Source of the DNA: Tubiluchus corallicola
Lineage: Eukaryota; Animalia; Priapulida
Assembly (NCBI GenBank): GCA_030141605.1
Contig: JAQGDQ010000108.1
Coordinates: forward strand, 434,001 to 498,000
DNA: 64,000 nt
Direction: 5' to 3'
In this document: in pieces, positions 41,387 to 56,700 of the stretch
Numbering within the stretch: position 1 is the stretch's first letter
How the letters are laid out: the number at the start of each line of letters is the position of its first letter
Translations under genes and position numbers: made by a program
The notes under the pieces: generated by a model
The model's input: the letters and a program-made list of their open reading frames with translations, nothing else
Told to the model about the DNA's origin: nothing
The model's database searches: none

Positions 41387-44300
41387 CATATGACTTTAGA
41401 GAAGCAAAAAATGTGGTTTTCTTTTGCCTTTTGTTCAAATAAATAAGTTACCAGAGATTCGACTACCTCAGGGCCTGTATATCTTTTAGTGCAGTAGTTT
41501 TAAAGATTATGCTAATGTTTAACATCTAGACTACATCTCTGAGTTTTTGATATGCTAATAATGCATTAAGTGAGTAATATTCACTGTTAAACTAGGCTAT
41601 ATTGTAGTCTTCAGTAAAGTGTTCTACATCTGTTGAAAAAAGAATGCTTAATCTTTAACCCAACCTGTAAAAAGTGCTCGTGCTTTGCACTGTTTAGCAT
41701 CACACTGAGCTTTACAGTCTGGCTCTCATCCTTACAGACCATGATTAATATTTGGTACACTTTTTTGTGTTAACGAAGTTAGCATGTTTCCAACCACTTG
41801 CCGAAACCATTTTTTATAGTGCTAGGTTTCAAAATTTTTTTAATTGCCTGCTTGTGATACTGGACAACCGGGTTTCTCACGACGACCTGAGATAGCTAAG
41901 TCATTGTTAAATTTGTGAAATTTAATATTTTCGTCAATTTGTTGATGTTTTGTAGCTGCTAGGAGTAGCAAAGTAGCAAACTGTATAGTTTAAATTAATC
42001 AGACATGTACTGTACTCATTTTGCCGTTACGCATCACTCTTTACTTAAATAATCATGCTGAAGAAATTAAAAACATTGGACTTTAGATTGTATAAAATTA
42101 CTTTTGATGGTTTAAACATTGGTCGTAGATACTTTACTCTACTGTGCAATGAAAATGAATGTTTACATAAAACCACATGTAGGACCTGTAGGACCGCCGT
42201 GTCTTCTGTGGAACAGTTGCTTTTGTTGTTTTTATATATGTAGCCGTAGCCACTTCTTCCTCCAATGCGTAAGATAATGCCCGTCGTGTTTTTTGTAAAG
42301 CCTAATAGTTTCTTTATTCACCTTTTTTTACAATTTTGTAGCCTTTTGTTGAGGAGCATAATTCATGTTTTTCCTTTTGCAAGTTTTTTACTTAACCACT
42401 ACGGTAGAATATTCTCAGAACCAAGAATAGCTGTCTGGTAATTAGCCCACTAAATTCTTTTAGAGCTCTTCAATTCTTTAGGAACTAATTAGAATAAAAA
42501 TAACTGCACAAGCAAAATTAAGAATATTTATAAATTGAGTAATCGGGGAGAAATGCAGTTGGGTATTTCATGTTTTAGCTGTTTTATCTCCTAAACGACT
42601 TTCGAACAGGATGCAGGCAAAGTGAGCAAGATGTAGCTAGCTCAACTCTCCTGAGACTGACAAAAGATCAAGCACAAATGCTAAGTAAGGAAAACTACAA
42701 CAAGCAACGAAGACAATACTTAACTTACCAAATGTCACAAAAAATCCGTTTTATACGCAATTGACGATCAATTAATTTATTTTATAGACCCTAAAAGAAC
42801 AGATGCTTGTAGCAAATATACAGAGGATTATTTACAAGTATGGTGCTTTGATAACCTTTCTAACATTGTAGCAAAATATAGCGTAAATAGTCTGTCTCTT
42901 TTATTAAAATCTGCAGTATCAGTAACAACTGGCTTCCTCAGACGCCTCCAAGCCCAGGTTTTCTGTAGTGTTTAACTCTACGTAATCGCATTTAACACAG
43001 AAAGTAGTTGTCTTATCTCAAACGCTGTTTGACTTGTTAGTAGCGAATAAAAATTCTTTAACTCATAACAGTGAATGTTTTTGATCGTCTAATATATTAT
43101 GCATTAAGTCTTTCATTTGCTTTTGATCTGTCGTTTGCACAATGAAACTGCGTTCCAGAAGAAATTAAATGGCGTTTTATTGACAGATTGCTCTAGTGGT
43201 CGATATCATAAACACGTTGTAGAAATTTGAGGGAGATAATGAATATGCTAAACAGAATTTACAGCATTTCACATAAGCGATGGATATCTGGAATTTTAAT
43301 GATCGTGCTTGGCGTGGGTTCGATACGTCACAAATAGTTTGATTTATCATATAATGTGAGCTGTAATGCCGAGTTAGTTCTTGAATTAATAAATGTCCGT
43401 CTGGCAGTGATTTGGCCAATATGATGAGTTCTGAAGCCTCTTGATGATTCGCAACTGTACGTTCTTTTTTTCTTGGACAGATTTGATTTAGTATATCTTT
43501 GCATTCGCGTCGCGATGATAAAACTAGAAAAAGTTTCTTTTTTACGCTCTAGAGATTACAGGTTGTCACAGAGTCTTAGAATATTTTGGATAAAATATGT
43601 TTGCAGGAGAGGTAGGGCAACGAGTTTTGCGAATCACGAGGTTGACCACGAAAATCGCAAGTTTAGACTTTTGCAGGAATGAAAAGTGCCAAATTTCTTC
43701 AACGAAATTGCTGTTTAATTTTAAAGAACACAGTGAAGCATAAATCTAGTTTTGTTGTCTTTTTACACGATTTCCCAGCAAATATTTGGAGCATTAGGTA
43801 GGACAGTTTTGACAGATCTCGGTGTGAGATGTTGGTGTAGCGATTGCTGTTCAAACATTGCATGTTGCATTGCTGATGAAATCATACGAGGAAATAATTG
43901 AGAGGGAAACAGTAGAAATACTCCTCTATGTTGTGATTTAATTACGAGTTGTGAATACCAAGTACAGTTATAAGACAGTGAAAAAGAATAAAGTATTGTG
44001 TAGAATGACGAGAAAAAATAGGAAGTAAAATAATTTAAGTAATAATAATCGCTAAGGACCGTAACGTAACTTTGCATACGATGGTTTGTTTTGATTTAAT
44101 TACTTGATAAATGATTTACAATATGGACATTTTAATACAAACGCTCTCCATTATATTGATATCACTCGTTGATAAAATATGGCTCCTAAAACTCATAAAA
44201 AGGAAGAAATCAAATTAACTCTGCTCTTTTATTTGCACAACACCGGATGAAAGCAGTAAAAACTAGACGATATAGAACTAATCGCTTTTGTGCAGTCGAA

Positions 44301-44679
44301 ATTGAAAGGAAAGGCCGCACTGATCATTTCTTTGTATATTAGAGCTACGATGATAATTACTTTGTAGTTACATAACATGGGGAAAGTTCTGTATAGTCGC
44401 AATCTACATTTTACAATACGATATGAGCTTTCAGATGAAAGCCTCAGAACTCATCTAAGGAAGCCAACGTTTTAAACCAATTATAACCAACTTTTTACAC
44501 ACACCGTGACACTTTGACAATGACATTGAAAAACTGTCTTAACATGGTGAGAAACTGTAATGACGATCATATAGAAATAAACAATTTATACTTACATGTT
44601 TTAGTCAACTTAGAACAACAATGTAGTTGCTATATTTCGTCATTTTAACGAAGAACGCTGATGAGGAGTAAGGGGACAT

Positions 44680-44925
44680 GGCTATGACTATCATGATGAT
44701 GGTGACGTTAATGAGTATAATGATGGTGGTGGTGGTGGTGGTGATGGTGGCGGCGGCGGCGGCGAGGTTGCTGATAGCAAAGATGACGGAAGCCGTGAAG
44801 ATGACGATTAAGATGGTAATGATGACGATTGTGATGGTGGTGGCTGTGAAAACAGAAAATACTAATAATGACTTATGTGATGATAATATTGATGAGGATA
44901 TTGATGGTGATAATGATGGTGTTAG
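44680..44925. repeat. Degenerate (GAT/GGT/GGC)n trinucleotide repeat
   Basis: Runs of gatgat, ggtggt and ggcggc. Confidence 0.8.
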
Positions 44926-45034
44926 CTATGTTACAGCTATGAAGAATTTCTGTATTTTATTATTTATCTATTTTATTTTATAGCTGTACTCACTATAGTT
45001 GTATTCGACTGTCAAAACAAATGTAGCTGAAAAT

Positions 45035-45853
45035 TGCACAGGAAAAAATGACACAATAAAAATGGCACACTTAGTAAAATATGTGTTTAGGGTTAGGGTT
45101 ATAGAGGAAGATAATTATTTTGGTTATTTTTACCGTTGCCAAGTAAGTTATGCTTCAACACAGTTTGTTTATCTCAAATTGTCTGTTTGTTTGGTTTTTT
45201 GTCTGTTATGACAGTAAGCCTATAACATAAAAACTATCTAACACATTTCCAAGAAACTTTGCGAATAAAACCGGGTATAGGGTGCCAGGAATCTTTTCGA
45301 CGGTCCTTTTTTCGCAAAACTTGAACGAACACCACGTACAAAAAAACCGTTCGTGAAGCATTTCGTGGAGGTCTCAGAGGTGCTTCTTTTTTGTCATCTC
45401 CACCTGGACAAACAGCTACGAGTTAGTTCCAGTTCCATTTTTAAGAAGCTCTCGTTTGTAAAACTGTGTAACGCTGTCCATAACCTTTTAATGTGTATAG
45501 CTTTATAAGGTGAATTGGTACTTATATCATATCATCGTCGCCAAAATTAATGGTAAAAGATATATAAACACTATGTGGAGTATTCGCGCATTATTGATTA
45601 TAAATCTATTTTGTGAGTCTAGCAAGTCTATATAATGCCAGTACATGTACATTTTTGTATGTTTACTTCTTTATCTTTGTGTTATTTTTTTAGTCAAAAG
45701 AATCAGACGAATAAGTTTAGGATTGTTCCGCTTTGGCAGAGATGTACTTTCTACTTAACGCATTTCTAGTTTTATTATAGAAATCGATTGCATCAAAACA
45801 ACATATGTGCCATTTTACCTACTTTTTCATTTGTGCCATTTTACCGCGCACCG
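45035..45853. mobile_element. Non-autonomous element with inverted AAAATGGCACA motifs and an internal TTAGGG pair
   Basis: Left end: aaaatgacaca, aaaatggcacac. Right end: two copies of gtgccattttacc. TTAGGGTTAGGGTTA at 45087-45101. Confidence 0.5.
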
Positions 45854-46675
45854 TAACGACCCATTGCGCCATGTTACAAACCTGTGACAATACTTGTCGA
45901 GTCAATGACAGTCCTCGCTACACGTTGGAACGCGCACTTTTCCATTCTTAATTTTAATGTCGTAAATATACATATAAAAACTATTGGTACGGCAGTCTAA
46001 AAAAACTACATTTTAAAAATAACTCTACTTAAAAAAACTAGAAAACTGAATGAAGGAGTCACTAGCCGTGAAGTGAATCAGGAACTGTTTTATTTACCAA
46101 ACCCAAAAAAACTATGATTTCCAGGCAGTCTGCAAGATAAATAAACCTTGTGATGATGTAAAAAATTAATCCTTGAGGTTTCCTGATTTTTCACGGCGTG
46201 CTTCAGACTAGGCTGTTATGTAATTTTCAGCGAACGCGTTTTTCTTTGCTTATGTTAATAACAACAGACTCGTGATGGACACGAGGCGATGATTAAACTA
46301 ACAAATAAAGCACGGAATTATTAATTACTCAGCTGCTGCTTCTAATAATGTGTCGCAGTTATGGCAATTATTATTGATGGGAGAAAATGAAGTATGAGGA
46401 GGCGTTAGGCTACATTATTTAAAGCGTTACAACAATAAGGAGAAAAGCTTGCGCAACGGCTAAAATGTGTGACTGTGTCAAATTTTATTGCACAGATATT
46501 TAAAAATAATAAAACTGACGTGTTTTGCAATATAATCCGTATTAAAACAGATTTAATGGATAATAATAAATCTGTTTACAACATTTATGTAACACCAACT
46601 TTAAATTCAATAGACAACACAGTGCCTGTGATTTGTATCACCAAGTGTAAATGACGAGTACGTAAATAATATAGA

Positions 46676-46760
46676 TTATTATTATTATTATTTTATTTTT
46701 ATTATTATTACTCTGCGCCAGGCAGGGCCTCACCACGTGCCGTTTTTAAAGTCTTTGGTC
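46676..46760 (-). mobile_element. SINE fragment with MetaSINE-like core and (TAA)n tail
   Basis: Minus strand reads GACCAAAGACTTTAAAAACGGCAC...CCTGCCTGGCGCAGAG(TAA)n, resembling the MetaSINE central domain (recalled, not aligned). Confidence 0.5.
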
Positions 46761-48099
46761 ACAGAAAATGTAAGTGTGCTTCGGTAGATGTAAGAAGATG
46801 AGGGATACAGATAAACAGGAATCGAACCGTGACTTAGACGGAAAGCAATCTATTAGCGTTTGTTAAAACTCTTAATACAACTTAATATTTAGAAGAATGA
46901 CTTTCATTGAATTTTTAATCAGCAACAGCTATCTGCTAAATTCAAAAAAATAATGTTTTCTGACGAAAAAACAGTCAAGTCATCACACGTATGCCCACGC
47001 GATGCTATATGTAGGGAAAATAGCAGAGAACATCTGTCACAACTATAAAATTTTAATTTGCCAATAATGACGGACAAAATTGCAAATGCAAAATCAGTCA
47101 GGCTTTTCAAGTTTTCACAGGAATTATACAGCTCAGATTCTAAAGAAATGAAAACAACAAGCCTCAATATTCTTCACGTTTTCACACACTAAGCAGCCGT
47201 TGCTAAAGCTAAATATATTGCGGAAATAAGCAGATAATGTCGTCTGCATAAAGAAGACGACTGACTGAAGAAATCCACAATTGACTCAGAAAGGCACAAA
47301 TTTTCCAGGCGCTACAAAGAGGCAGCAGCTGTCAGAAAGACACTAATTTTTTGTCAAAATACTTAAGGTTTATAGCCTTCGTACTTTACATAATAGCAAT
47401 ACTAACTCAACCTATTTTCTGCTTTTAGTAGTACTGTTTACACTGACATTTTTCAGTGATGTATCTGCACACTTACAATGGCATCAGGAGGCCTATTCAT
47501 GGAGTTGTAATTTATTCATTAAAAATTACCTAAGCTATTTGATCAAAGCAGCTGGTGAGATAAAATTAGGGATGTTTTCTGCAGTTCAAAGTTATTCATT
47601 CAATAGCATTCGTAATTTATCACGAGTAAACAAAAAAGACGAAATCGACTTAATGTTGATAATTTAATAAGCGCGTACGTCATTTTTTTGAAAAACAAGC
47701 TGCAATTAATCATTATTAACATCCATTACTTTTCGAGTTTGGACAAAGCAGATTTGTTTTCACTTTGGTATGCTTTTAATCAGCGTATTATCAGAAGAAA
47801 ATATTTTAAAAAATCTAAACATATAAACCCACTTTAGTTCACATGCTGCATCAAATGAAAAGAGGTGTTTTTCATGAAATGAAACGGTGTCCTGCCTATT
47901 TTGTTTAGCTGTATCCCTAGCTTACCCTTCATCTTCTTACACCTACCGAAGCATGCCGAGAAGTGTTTTATAAAAACCGCATCTTCTTTTCTTCGCAGGA
48001 CTTTACAGGTCAACCCAGAGTACTGAAGCCCATAAATAAACAGAATGGTGTGAAGATCGTTATCATTGCTAGGGTAATGTAACAAGAAAAAGCAATAAT

Positions 48100-48430
48100 A
48101 GAGAGGGTGTGTGAGGTAAAGAGAGCGAGAAAGAGAGAGAGAGAGAGAGAATGGGTGAGAGGATATGGGTGCATGTGTGTGCGTGCAGAACGGATGCCAG
48201 CTGTGCGTATAAGCAAAAGGATATGGGAAGCGTAACTGGATTGCTTTAATGTAACAGGATAAAATATCAAAAATGACGAAAAAAGAAAATAGAAAGGCGA
48301 GGAGAAAGGGAATCGAAAAAGAGAGGTGAAGAGAGAAAACGAAATTGGTAGAGAGAAAAAGAATAAAGAGGGTGAAAAGGGGAAATAAAGAAAGAGAGAA
48401 TAAGATAGGGAAAGAGAGAGAGAGAGTGAA
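48100..48430. repeat. GA-rich low-complexity tract
   Basis: Runs of gagaga and aaag. Confidence 0.75.
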
Positions 48431-49160
48431 AGGAGAAATGTTAAATAATAAAAGAGTGGATGATAATTGCAAAAATAGAGACAATTGTAAATATTATGTT
48501 GAAGCAAAAGGAAATACACTGTGGTAGGGGTTTTAATCCTGACATCCTGCCCCAAGGCTAAGAAACCCGAGAGTTACCCTTCTACACATCTTTCGTGGCT
48601 AATTAAAATAAACCATGTTTCCGCACATATAACCATGTTGCTAAAGGCAATAATTCTAGCGCTTTTAACGAAGGGAATACGAATTGTGTGTCTGCACCTT
48701 GATGAGAAGAAGGGAACTTTCACTTTCCGATGGGCACTCTTTGCATTAACATATAAGACATTTTCTTTTTGATTGATTCATAAACACAGAAAATTTTATT
48801 CAGTGCATAAAGTTTTATTCGCGGTGTAATAAAGTCTAGTCATATATGTTAACACAATATTTAGAGTTTCTTTTCTTAACAAAGCTGGAACCACGGAAGA
48901 AACGATCACTTTTACTAACCGCTTCTGATATTGACTGCAAAGTGTGTTTCAAACCAGCTCCCCTTCTAGCATAATAGTCATGACAAAGACGCTCTTGCTC
49001 TAGGTGTTGAAGGTAATATTGTTATTACTAGTTCCGCTGTAATTGCCACAACATGTATTTGCGTCACTCTCATAACTGCCGAAGATGCTGACGATGACAA
49101 TTACATTGTTGATGATGGCAGTGGTGGAATTACATGTATATTGAAAAAGATTGTGGTAGC

Positions 49161-49164
49161 GATA

Positions 49165-49236
<72 letters not shown>

Positions 49237-49332
49237 GTGGTGGTAGTAGTGATGATGATAATAATGATGATTATGATGATGAGGAGGATGACGACGACGA
49301 TGATGACGACAACGATGGTGATGATGATGATG
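49161..49332. repeat. (GAT)n microsatellite
   Basis: Long perfect then degenerate gat run. Confidence 0.92.
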
Positions 49333-50180
49333 GCGCTGGTTATGGATATATATATAGTTGTGGTTGTAGCAATAGTGAGAGTAACAATGCCAGTGACATT
49401 GATGATGACACCTAATGATGACAACATCGATGGTGGTGATAATCAATATTTTAAATAAGTAAAAAACAAGTAATGTAAGTTTAACCTGAATAATGCAAAA
49501 TTACGATTCTAGGAGATTGAGTATTTTTCAAGTGTATTGCATCGTGCATATAGCCGAAGTTAAATTACTACACTGCAAAGGCGCATTTATTTCATAGACT
49601 GCTATAATTTTCTTTCTGTTTGATCAGTTTTCGAAATGATAAGTAACGGCGGAGACGTGATGCGTGCGCACGTCGTCGATCGAACTATATGCGGCTTCAC
49701 AAACTTTCTTACTACATTCCATTCCATGACGGGAGATTTTCTTCGATTTTTTTAGGAATTCTTGTGCTAAATCCGATAATGTTTTAGAAACCAAATAAAA
49801 AAATCGTCAAGTGTTGTGCACAGCGTATCGATGACTGCTTAAATGATTGGTTTTACTAATAGTTATTGAAACAGGATTAAAAACCTCCCATCGAGACATC
49901 ATCTGGATTTATCGCTGGACTAAATGCAGTATAACAATGCGCGAAAGTATAAGTATTGATAAGTACCGTTGATTAATATCATCTCGTCAGAAGGAAAAAA
50001 CGTGAAATGGTATTTTTTACTGTCAGTAAATAACAAAACCAATATTTACTAAAGATTTCGTTCTTATTGTGAGAATAGTTAAGATTTATGGCACGCGTCA
50101 ATTTTACGCGTTTCCTTGACGTTTTGCAGTGCAGTTGTTTGAATTCTAGACCGCAGCCTTAGTTCACTATAAATTAAAAG

Positions 50181-50740
50181 ATGGAAAGAATTAGAGATTG
50201 CTGTGACTTGCTAGACCAATACGCATTCATCAACACGAACGTGGATGTGCACGGCAACGAAAGTGTTGAAAACAAACATTTCGCGGAGGACGTATCCGCC
50301 ATCTTAGACCAAATTCGTTCACTGAACTGTTCAAATTTTTTCATATTTTGCTCTAAGGATGAAGGAGATGAACATAGTATTAATGACAGCAATATAGACA
50401 TTCTGTTGTATGCAGATTACACACAGATACCCAGCGTTACTGTAACGTATATCATTCTATACCTGGCCATAATGTTGCTATCACTTGCGGGCAATGCTAT
50501 GGTATGTTACACAGTGTGGCATCACAAGAATATGCACACTGTGATCAATTATTACATTGCTAACTTAGCCGTGAGTGACATACTTGTCACTGGATTTGTT
50601 CTGCCGTTCTCGCTGATGGAGTTTGCCACTCCACCCGAATGGAATTTCCTCAATGGACCGCTGTGTACCGCTCTACGCTACTTCCAACCACTGTTTGTTT
50701 TTGCCAGCGTGCTGACACTAATGGCTACGTGCATTGAAAG
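50181..50740 (+). CDS. GPCR coding exon 1 (N-terminus to TM3)
   Basis: ORF 50181.. up to GAA AG|gtacga. Confidence 0.9.
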
Positions 50741-53700
50741 GTACGAAAAACTGTCTACATGCCTGTCCGCCTGCCTGCCTACCAACGTGTCTACTTGCTT
50801 GCCTCCCTATCTGGCTGTCTGGCACCTTTCTGCCTACCTGCTTGCTTGCCAGCCTGTTCACCAACTAGCCGCTCTACCGTAAACCTCACAAGTTGAACTT
50901 CTTTCTTGAACTCAATGAGTAATGTATTTTTGTCTAACATTTAGTTTTTTTGGATCTTCAAAAAGGAATCGGGTCACTATTTCTAAAAACTGGAATGCAC
51001 TTATTTCACATAAAAATTGGCTGCAGTGAATGTTCACCAAGCAGTGACAATCTGTTTGAATTAGCTTAGGCGACGGCTTCAAGCCGTGGCTAAACAAATT
51101 ATAACGTTAGCGGCAAAGCTGAGGAAAATGGACATCTTGGCACACAATCAGGGTCGAATTATGACCTTTTGGAGCAGCTAGGCTTATGAAATAACCTGGG
51201 AACCTTGGACGGAGCCACCGTCTAACTCCCGTCTTGAATATCTTTTACTCGCAACATATTTTCCTGGCATGTACATGGTTTGAATTAAATTCTTGTTGAA
51301 AATTCCCTAAATAAAGTAGAATAGCTATTTTTTGTTTCTCAATAAAAATATTCTTCCAGAAATACCACTATTTTACCATTTATTACAAAGACAATAACAC
51401 ATATTTCAACTCAACCGTAGCGAAAAAAGAGATGTTTTGCCATTTCTTACCAAAGCTTGAGCACTCACACCACCACACCCCACACCACCCCCCCCCACCC
51501 AAGCTTGAGGGACCCTTGGCTGCAGCTTATACTAACCTATAAGATAATCCGGCACTCCAGACAATTAACATGAACAGGCCCCGTGTGCGCAAGCAAGCGC
51601 TGCAAGACAGCAAGCTTACCAGGCAGGCAACATAGACACCAGCAAAGCTTTTACTGATGATGTGCTTAAATTTATTTAACACAGCTTTTAAAATCGTCTG
51701 CACAGTATCAGACTTTTCGACACGACATGACTTTAATCTACACTAACAGAACATATTGTGTAAGCTGACAATTACAAATGCTCTCTGTCTTTCCTTTTTT
51801 ATAGACGCATAAATATTGTCGCTTGTATTTTAAGACGTTATATGGTGATTTTTAGGGTCTATAATTAGTCTCAAGTTTCTCACTGTCTTCTGAAGTCAAA
51901 ATTGAAAACGCATTTTGGGTTGTATGATCTGTTTCAAAGAAAATTGTTGCATATTAAATTATTAACTGTAAAATTTGCATACAGTGTAATAACGTGTCTT
52001 TAATCGGACTATCTTCTCCCAGACAAAACGTGAAATCATGTCAAAATCAAAAACACGCTGCAATTTTGCTTTATTTCGCAAATAAATCTACATTTTCTTT
52101 TATTCCCCATGGAAATAACTCAGAAATTTGACATTTTAATTCGACTTTATAAAGCGCTCAGTTGACAAGCTTCTTGGATTAAAAACGTTAAAATAAAATT
52201 GTTCTTTCATCGCATTTTAGCATGTTTATTATGGTAACCTTGCAACGATGAAAAAACACAAAATTTGCACATTTACAGCTGTAAACTCTTAAAACAAAAA
52301 GCTAGAAAACTGTGACCTCATTTTTGCAATTCTAATTTTATGCATTATACATCTCAACTCAACCCAATACTATTTAGGCGTTACTACAAGCATTTTAAAT
52401 TCAATACTAAAATGTTTGCATTTGCACGATAATTGTTAAATCTGTAAACTAAAATAAGCAACTATAGGGCTTATTAAGACAAAATCACGCAGTTAAAATT
52501 TAACAGACCGGAACTTGTTTCTCTAATAACTGGAAAACGGAATTCTGAGATTCATGTTCCAAGAGGCTTCGAAAGAAATGGCAATCAAATTTCTGTGATT
52601 TATCCATGTTAAAATTTCCTCGATTCATTCATTACCGGCGATATCGACTTTATAGCTTACGTGCGATCGAAACCATTTTCATATAATATTTGTTCGAAAC
52701 TTTTTTCCATTTTAAAATGTTGGAATTGGTGAAACTTGTAGATTTTTCGCTCGACCAGTTAGTAAAGGTATTAGGGATCTAGATGAACTCCTAGCTAGAG
52801 TTATTCTGATGGTTCATTTATATTAACTGCATGTGTTTCTGAAAGCTACAGAGGCAGTACTCTAGTAAGAGAAACTAGGACAGTGCACACACAGTTCAAG
52901 AGGTCTTTGGAATGAAACTTAATAGCGTAAATATAAACAACAATGACAACCACAAAAGAAATGCACAGAAATACAAACAACAGGAACGGCAACAATAAAA
53001 ACAACGACGGCAATGACGGCAAACAACTACAATAACCACGACAACAACATCGTACTTAGCAATAATAATACTAACAACAACAGCAACGGCAGCATATCAT
53101 ATTAATCCCCTGAGCCGTAACCAATAAAGACTGTTAATATCATTACTTGTTAGAGCCTATACGTATTTGACGAGTCCAGTAGGACAAATGACCATACTCG
53201 ATGGTGTAACAATTATTATGATTGCAATGCAGCAAATAATGACGACGAGCAAACAGAACTAACAGCAGCAAAAGAATCATCTTGCAACTGCTAATGGATA
53301 CGTCATGCCTGCACACCATTAGCTCCAAATAAACGTATGTATGTAAACTCAAGTTAATGTATCTAGACATTTCACACTCACTGACAACAATAATAATATA
53401 GTCGCCGTTCAGCATTAGGCTGAGTCCACTGTTAGATTAACAGAATGATAAGCTAGACAAACTACGACGTTGGAGTATTTTAGTTCGCTATCGAACCTTC
53501 GAACCTTTGTTAATTTTGAAAAAAAATGCGTACAAGTACAACGCCATTCGAGAGTTGGTCTCATGTTTATGAGAGTGGATCACGCATGTTTATGAAGAAC
53601 TATGGCCATTGCTAGAAAATAAACTCCAATGACACTTTCTCCCCACACAAGGTACTTGCATAACCAACAGTATGAGTGGTTAAAGTGCTGATTACCTGTT

Positions 53701-56700
53701 AAGCGTTCACGAATATTTATACACGTGAAGTCGAAATAGGTTGACTGATTGATAGACAGAGAGACTGGTTGGAAGTTTGTCTGACTGAATGATGACACAC
53801 AGAGACGCATACTGACTGACTGGCGGAATCATGGATTTATTTTGATTTAGCGATTTATTTCGAATCAAGTCCATAGTTACACACAAATTAAAAAAAGACA
53901 AATTAGCTGTCAGAGCAGAAATTGTATGCACCCTACATTTATCTGTATTGTGCATTTAATTGTAAACAATCGTGGCCACATATACTGGGAACCCACAGCG
54001 ACAGTTTAATTTACAACGTATATGTAGATTGTAAACAAAAGTATAACAATAATGTGTACAACTGGGTCTCATTTATTAGGAAGATTCTGTTTAAACTTGG
54101 GTTTGAACATATTTGAACAAATGCAGGTACACTCAATGCTAATAGATTGCTTCACTCCATTAATAAGAAACTACAGGTTAGATATAATGACTATTTTTTG
54201 AAAAAGATTCATAATGATAACAGTATTAAGTGAGGTAAAAAAAACTCCGAACTTACAGGCTTTTTAAAACTGAATGTTGTCTGGAAGAATATTTGCTTAT
54301 GCGTAATAAGCCAATTCCAGGCGAACACGTAACTACATAGACTAGATCCAGAATTAGTGCTCACAAATTCGTTATCGACGTGGGTAAGTATCGAAACCAA
54401 AAATACCCGTTCAACAAAGAACATGTAAAATGGTGCAGGATGAATGAAGTGAAGGATAAAATGCATTTTAGTATGACATGTCCTAACTATCAAAATGAGA
54501 GAACAGCTTAATTTGAAAATATTGTAAAAATATTTCCTTCTGTTGCAAATATGCCTGGAAATGAACAGATTGTCTTTATTAACGGGCTAAGTGATATGAA
54601 ACTGAGGACTTTAGTGATAAATTTTACATACGACATCAGCAAAAAAAGAGAAGAGAAATAGGATAGCAAACAACCTGAACGTACACAGTTATACTATGTT
54701 TACCACATACTGTGTTAATTATTCTTGTGCTAAGATGTGTTGTATTGTAAACAATGTGTTACAGAGTTGACAACTACTATGAGTGGTGCCACCTTTTGTC
54801 GATGTATGCGATTTTACCTTAGTTACAGCAGTGCTTACAATCTAGAAAATTTGTTTTTGGTGCCGTTGTTTTTTCTTTTTTATTTGTGTTTCTTCGTTCC
54901 AGCCCTTTCATTCCTACATATAGGATTAATGAATGATTTGCGATTTTTCGTGAACTTTCGTTTAGTACAGAACTAGCAGTGCCTAATGTCAACTATAAAT
55001 GTATGTTGTTCATACTAATAAGCTGAATAAACAAACAATTACTCTTATATACAAACTGTATACCATTTTCCATGCATAACATCAAAGTATGTAACAATAT
55101 GATTTACAGAAACAGTTCTAGCAGTGTCATCATAATGAATAAATGAATACTTGCCGCTTAGAGATATTATTACCTATTTGAAGTTAGCTAAACTATAATT
55201 GTAAAAATGCCGCCATGTTACCATACCATAGAACGAATTGTAATTGAACGAGCGGGTTTTAATAATTAGTTCAAAGAAAAAAAATTTCAAGATGCTGTTT
55301 GCTGTAGCATAGTAAACACTTCGTTGACTAATAATATCAATGATATAATTGACTGACTGACTAACCGACTGACTGACTGACTGACTGACTGACTGACTGA
55401 CTGACTGACTGACTGACTGACTGACTGACTGACTGACCGACTGACCGACTGACCGACTGACCGACTGACCGACTGACTGACTGACTGACTGACTGACTGA
55501 CTGACTGACTGACTGACTGACTGACTGACCGACCGACCGACTGGCCGACTGACCGACTGACTGACTGAATGAATGAATGACTAACTGACTGACTGGCTGA
55601 CTTACTGACTGATTGATTGACTGCCTGATTGAATGACTGACAGTGTGGCTGACTGACTGGTGACTGACTGTTTCGTCACACATAGAACATAAATACAAGA
55701 TTGCTGGTTTACTAACACAAAATTTAATTAAACTAAATGACATAAAGTTAAAATCACCGCCTTCGTCCTTCATCACTTATTTCCTTTATTATTATACTCA
55801 CTCCGCCTCAAACTAACATGACGTAAGACTGACTGAGTCGCTCGCTCACTCACTCACTCACTCACAGTGTAATTGAGTAACTAGCTGGCTAAGTGACTGA
55901 TGGTACTGGTTAACACTGTTGGCATCACCGCACCAGTGCCAACACCTTGCCACTGTTGTTATCATTATTAGCTCTAATGCAACTGATGCCATCACTGTCA
56001 CCGCTACGACAGGGCCGTTAACACCACTTCCTCCACAATACCACCAATACCCACACCGCCAACAAAATTATGACCCAAAATGTTGTGCAAAAAATGGTGT
56101 ACATTTTCAGTTGTGTGAAATCAACTACGAGTAATTCGGTGAAACATGGAAAAATGCATTTTTAAGAATCAATAATAATCGTTCCTCCCTGAAACACAAT
56201 GTCGCTAAGAGTTTCAACTATATAGCGATTGTAAAGCATGAAATAAACAATCTTGGCAATTATCTGCCCTTTCCCCGGTTATATTACCAGCAGATTGCGA
56301 CAATAACATTTCTCGTGATTGCCCACTTCAATGAAACCAAGTCTAATAATCGTTGACAGTTTTTCTCCATTTAATTCTACACGAAAAACTTCACGTTGAG
56401 TAAAAGTAAACTCCATCATCGACCCGCGATCGACAGCAGCAACCTACCAACGTGTTGATCAGCTTGTCAACCTAACCGGTAGAAATGACATATCCGTGTT
56501 TTATTAAGGTTCAGCTATCAGAAGTTGCTCTGTTTGAACTGCGCTGATGTGAATATTATGTAAGAGACATGAGCAACCTTAAATCACGCAAACCCGATAC
56601 TGCATATTCCCAGACTAGCTGCAAGATTCAAGTCAATGATTCAATGCGACGTTAGAAAGACTTGTATGGACAGAGCCGGATTATCTGCTAAAGGCTAATA

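Noticed and set aside
45087-45101. Interstitial telomere or fusion site
   Set aside because: Only 2.5 TTAGGG units, embedded in a MITE-like element.
47834-48555. 216-aa and 181-aa hydrophobic ORFs
   Set aside because: They arise from a stop-poor TC-rich low-complexity tract and show no domain signal.
49000-49458. Poly-His/Asp/Met/Ile ORFs
   Set aside because: Translation of the (GAT)n microsatellite.
50741-50882. C-terminal part of ORF 50181..50882
   Set aside because: Read-through into the intron after the AG|GT donor in ERY; it is (CCTG)-type low-complexity sequence.
55350-55670. CRISPR-like array
   Set aside because: Simple tandem repeat without unique spacers, in a eukaryotic context.
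55174-55776. 200-aa SQSV-repeat ORF
   Set aside because: Translation of the (GACT)n microsatellite.
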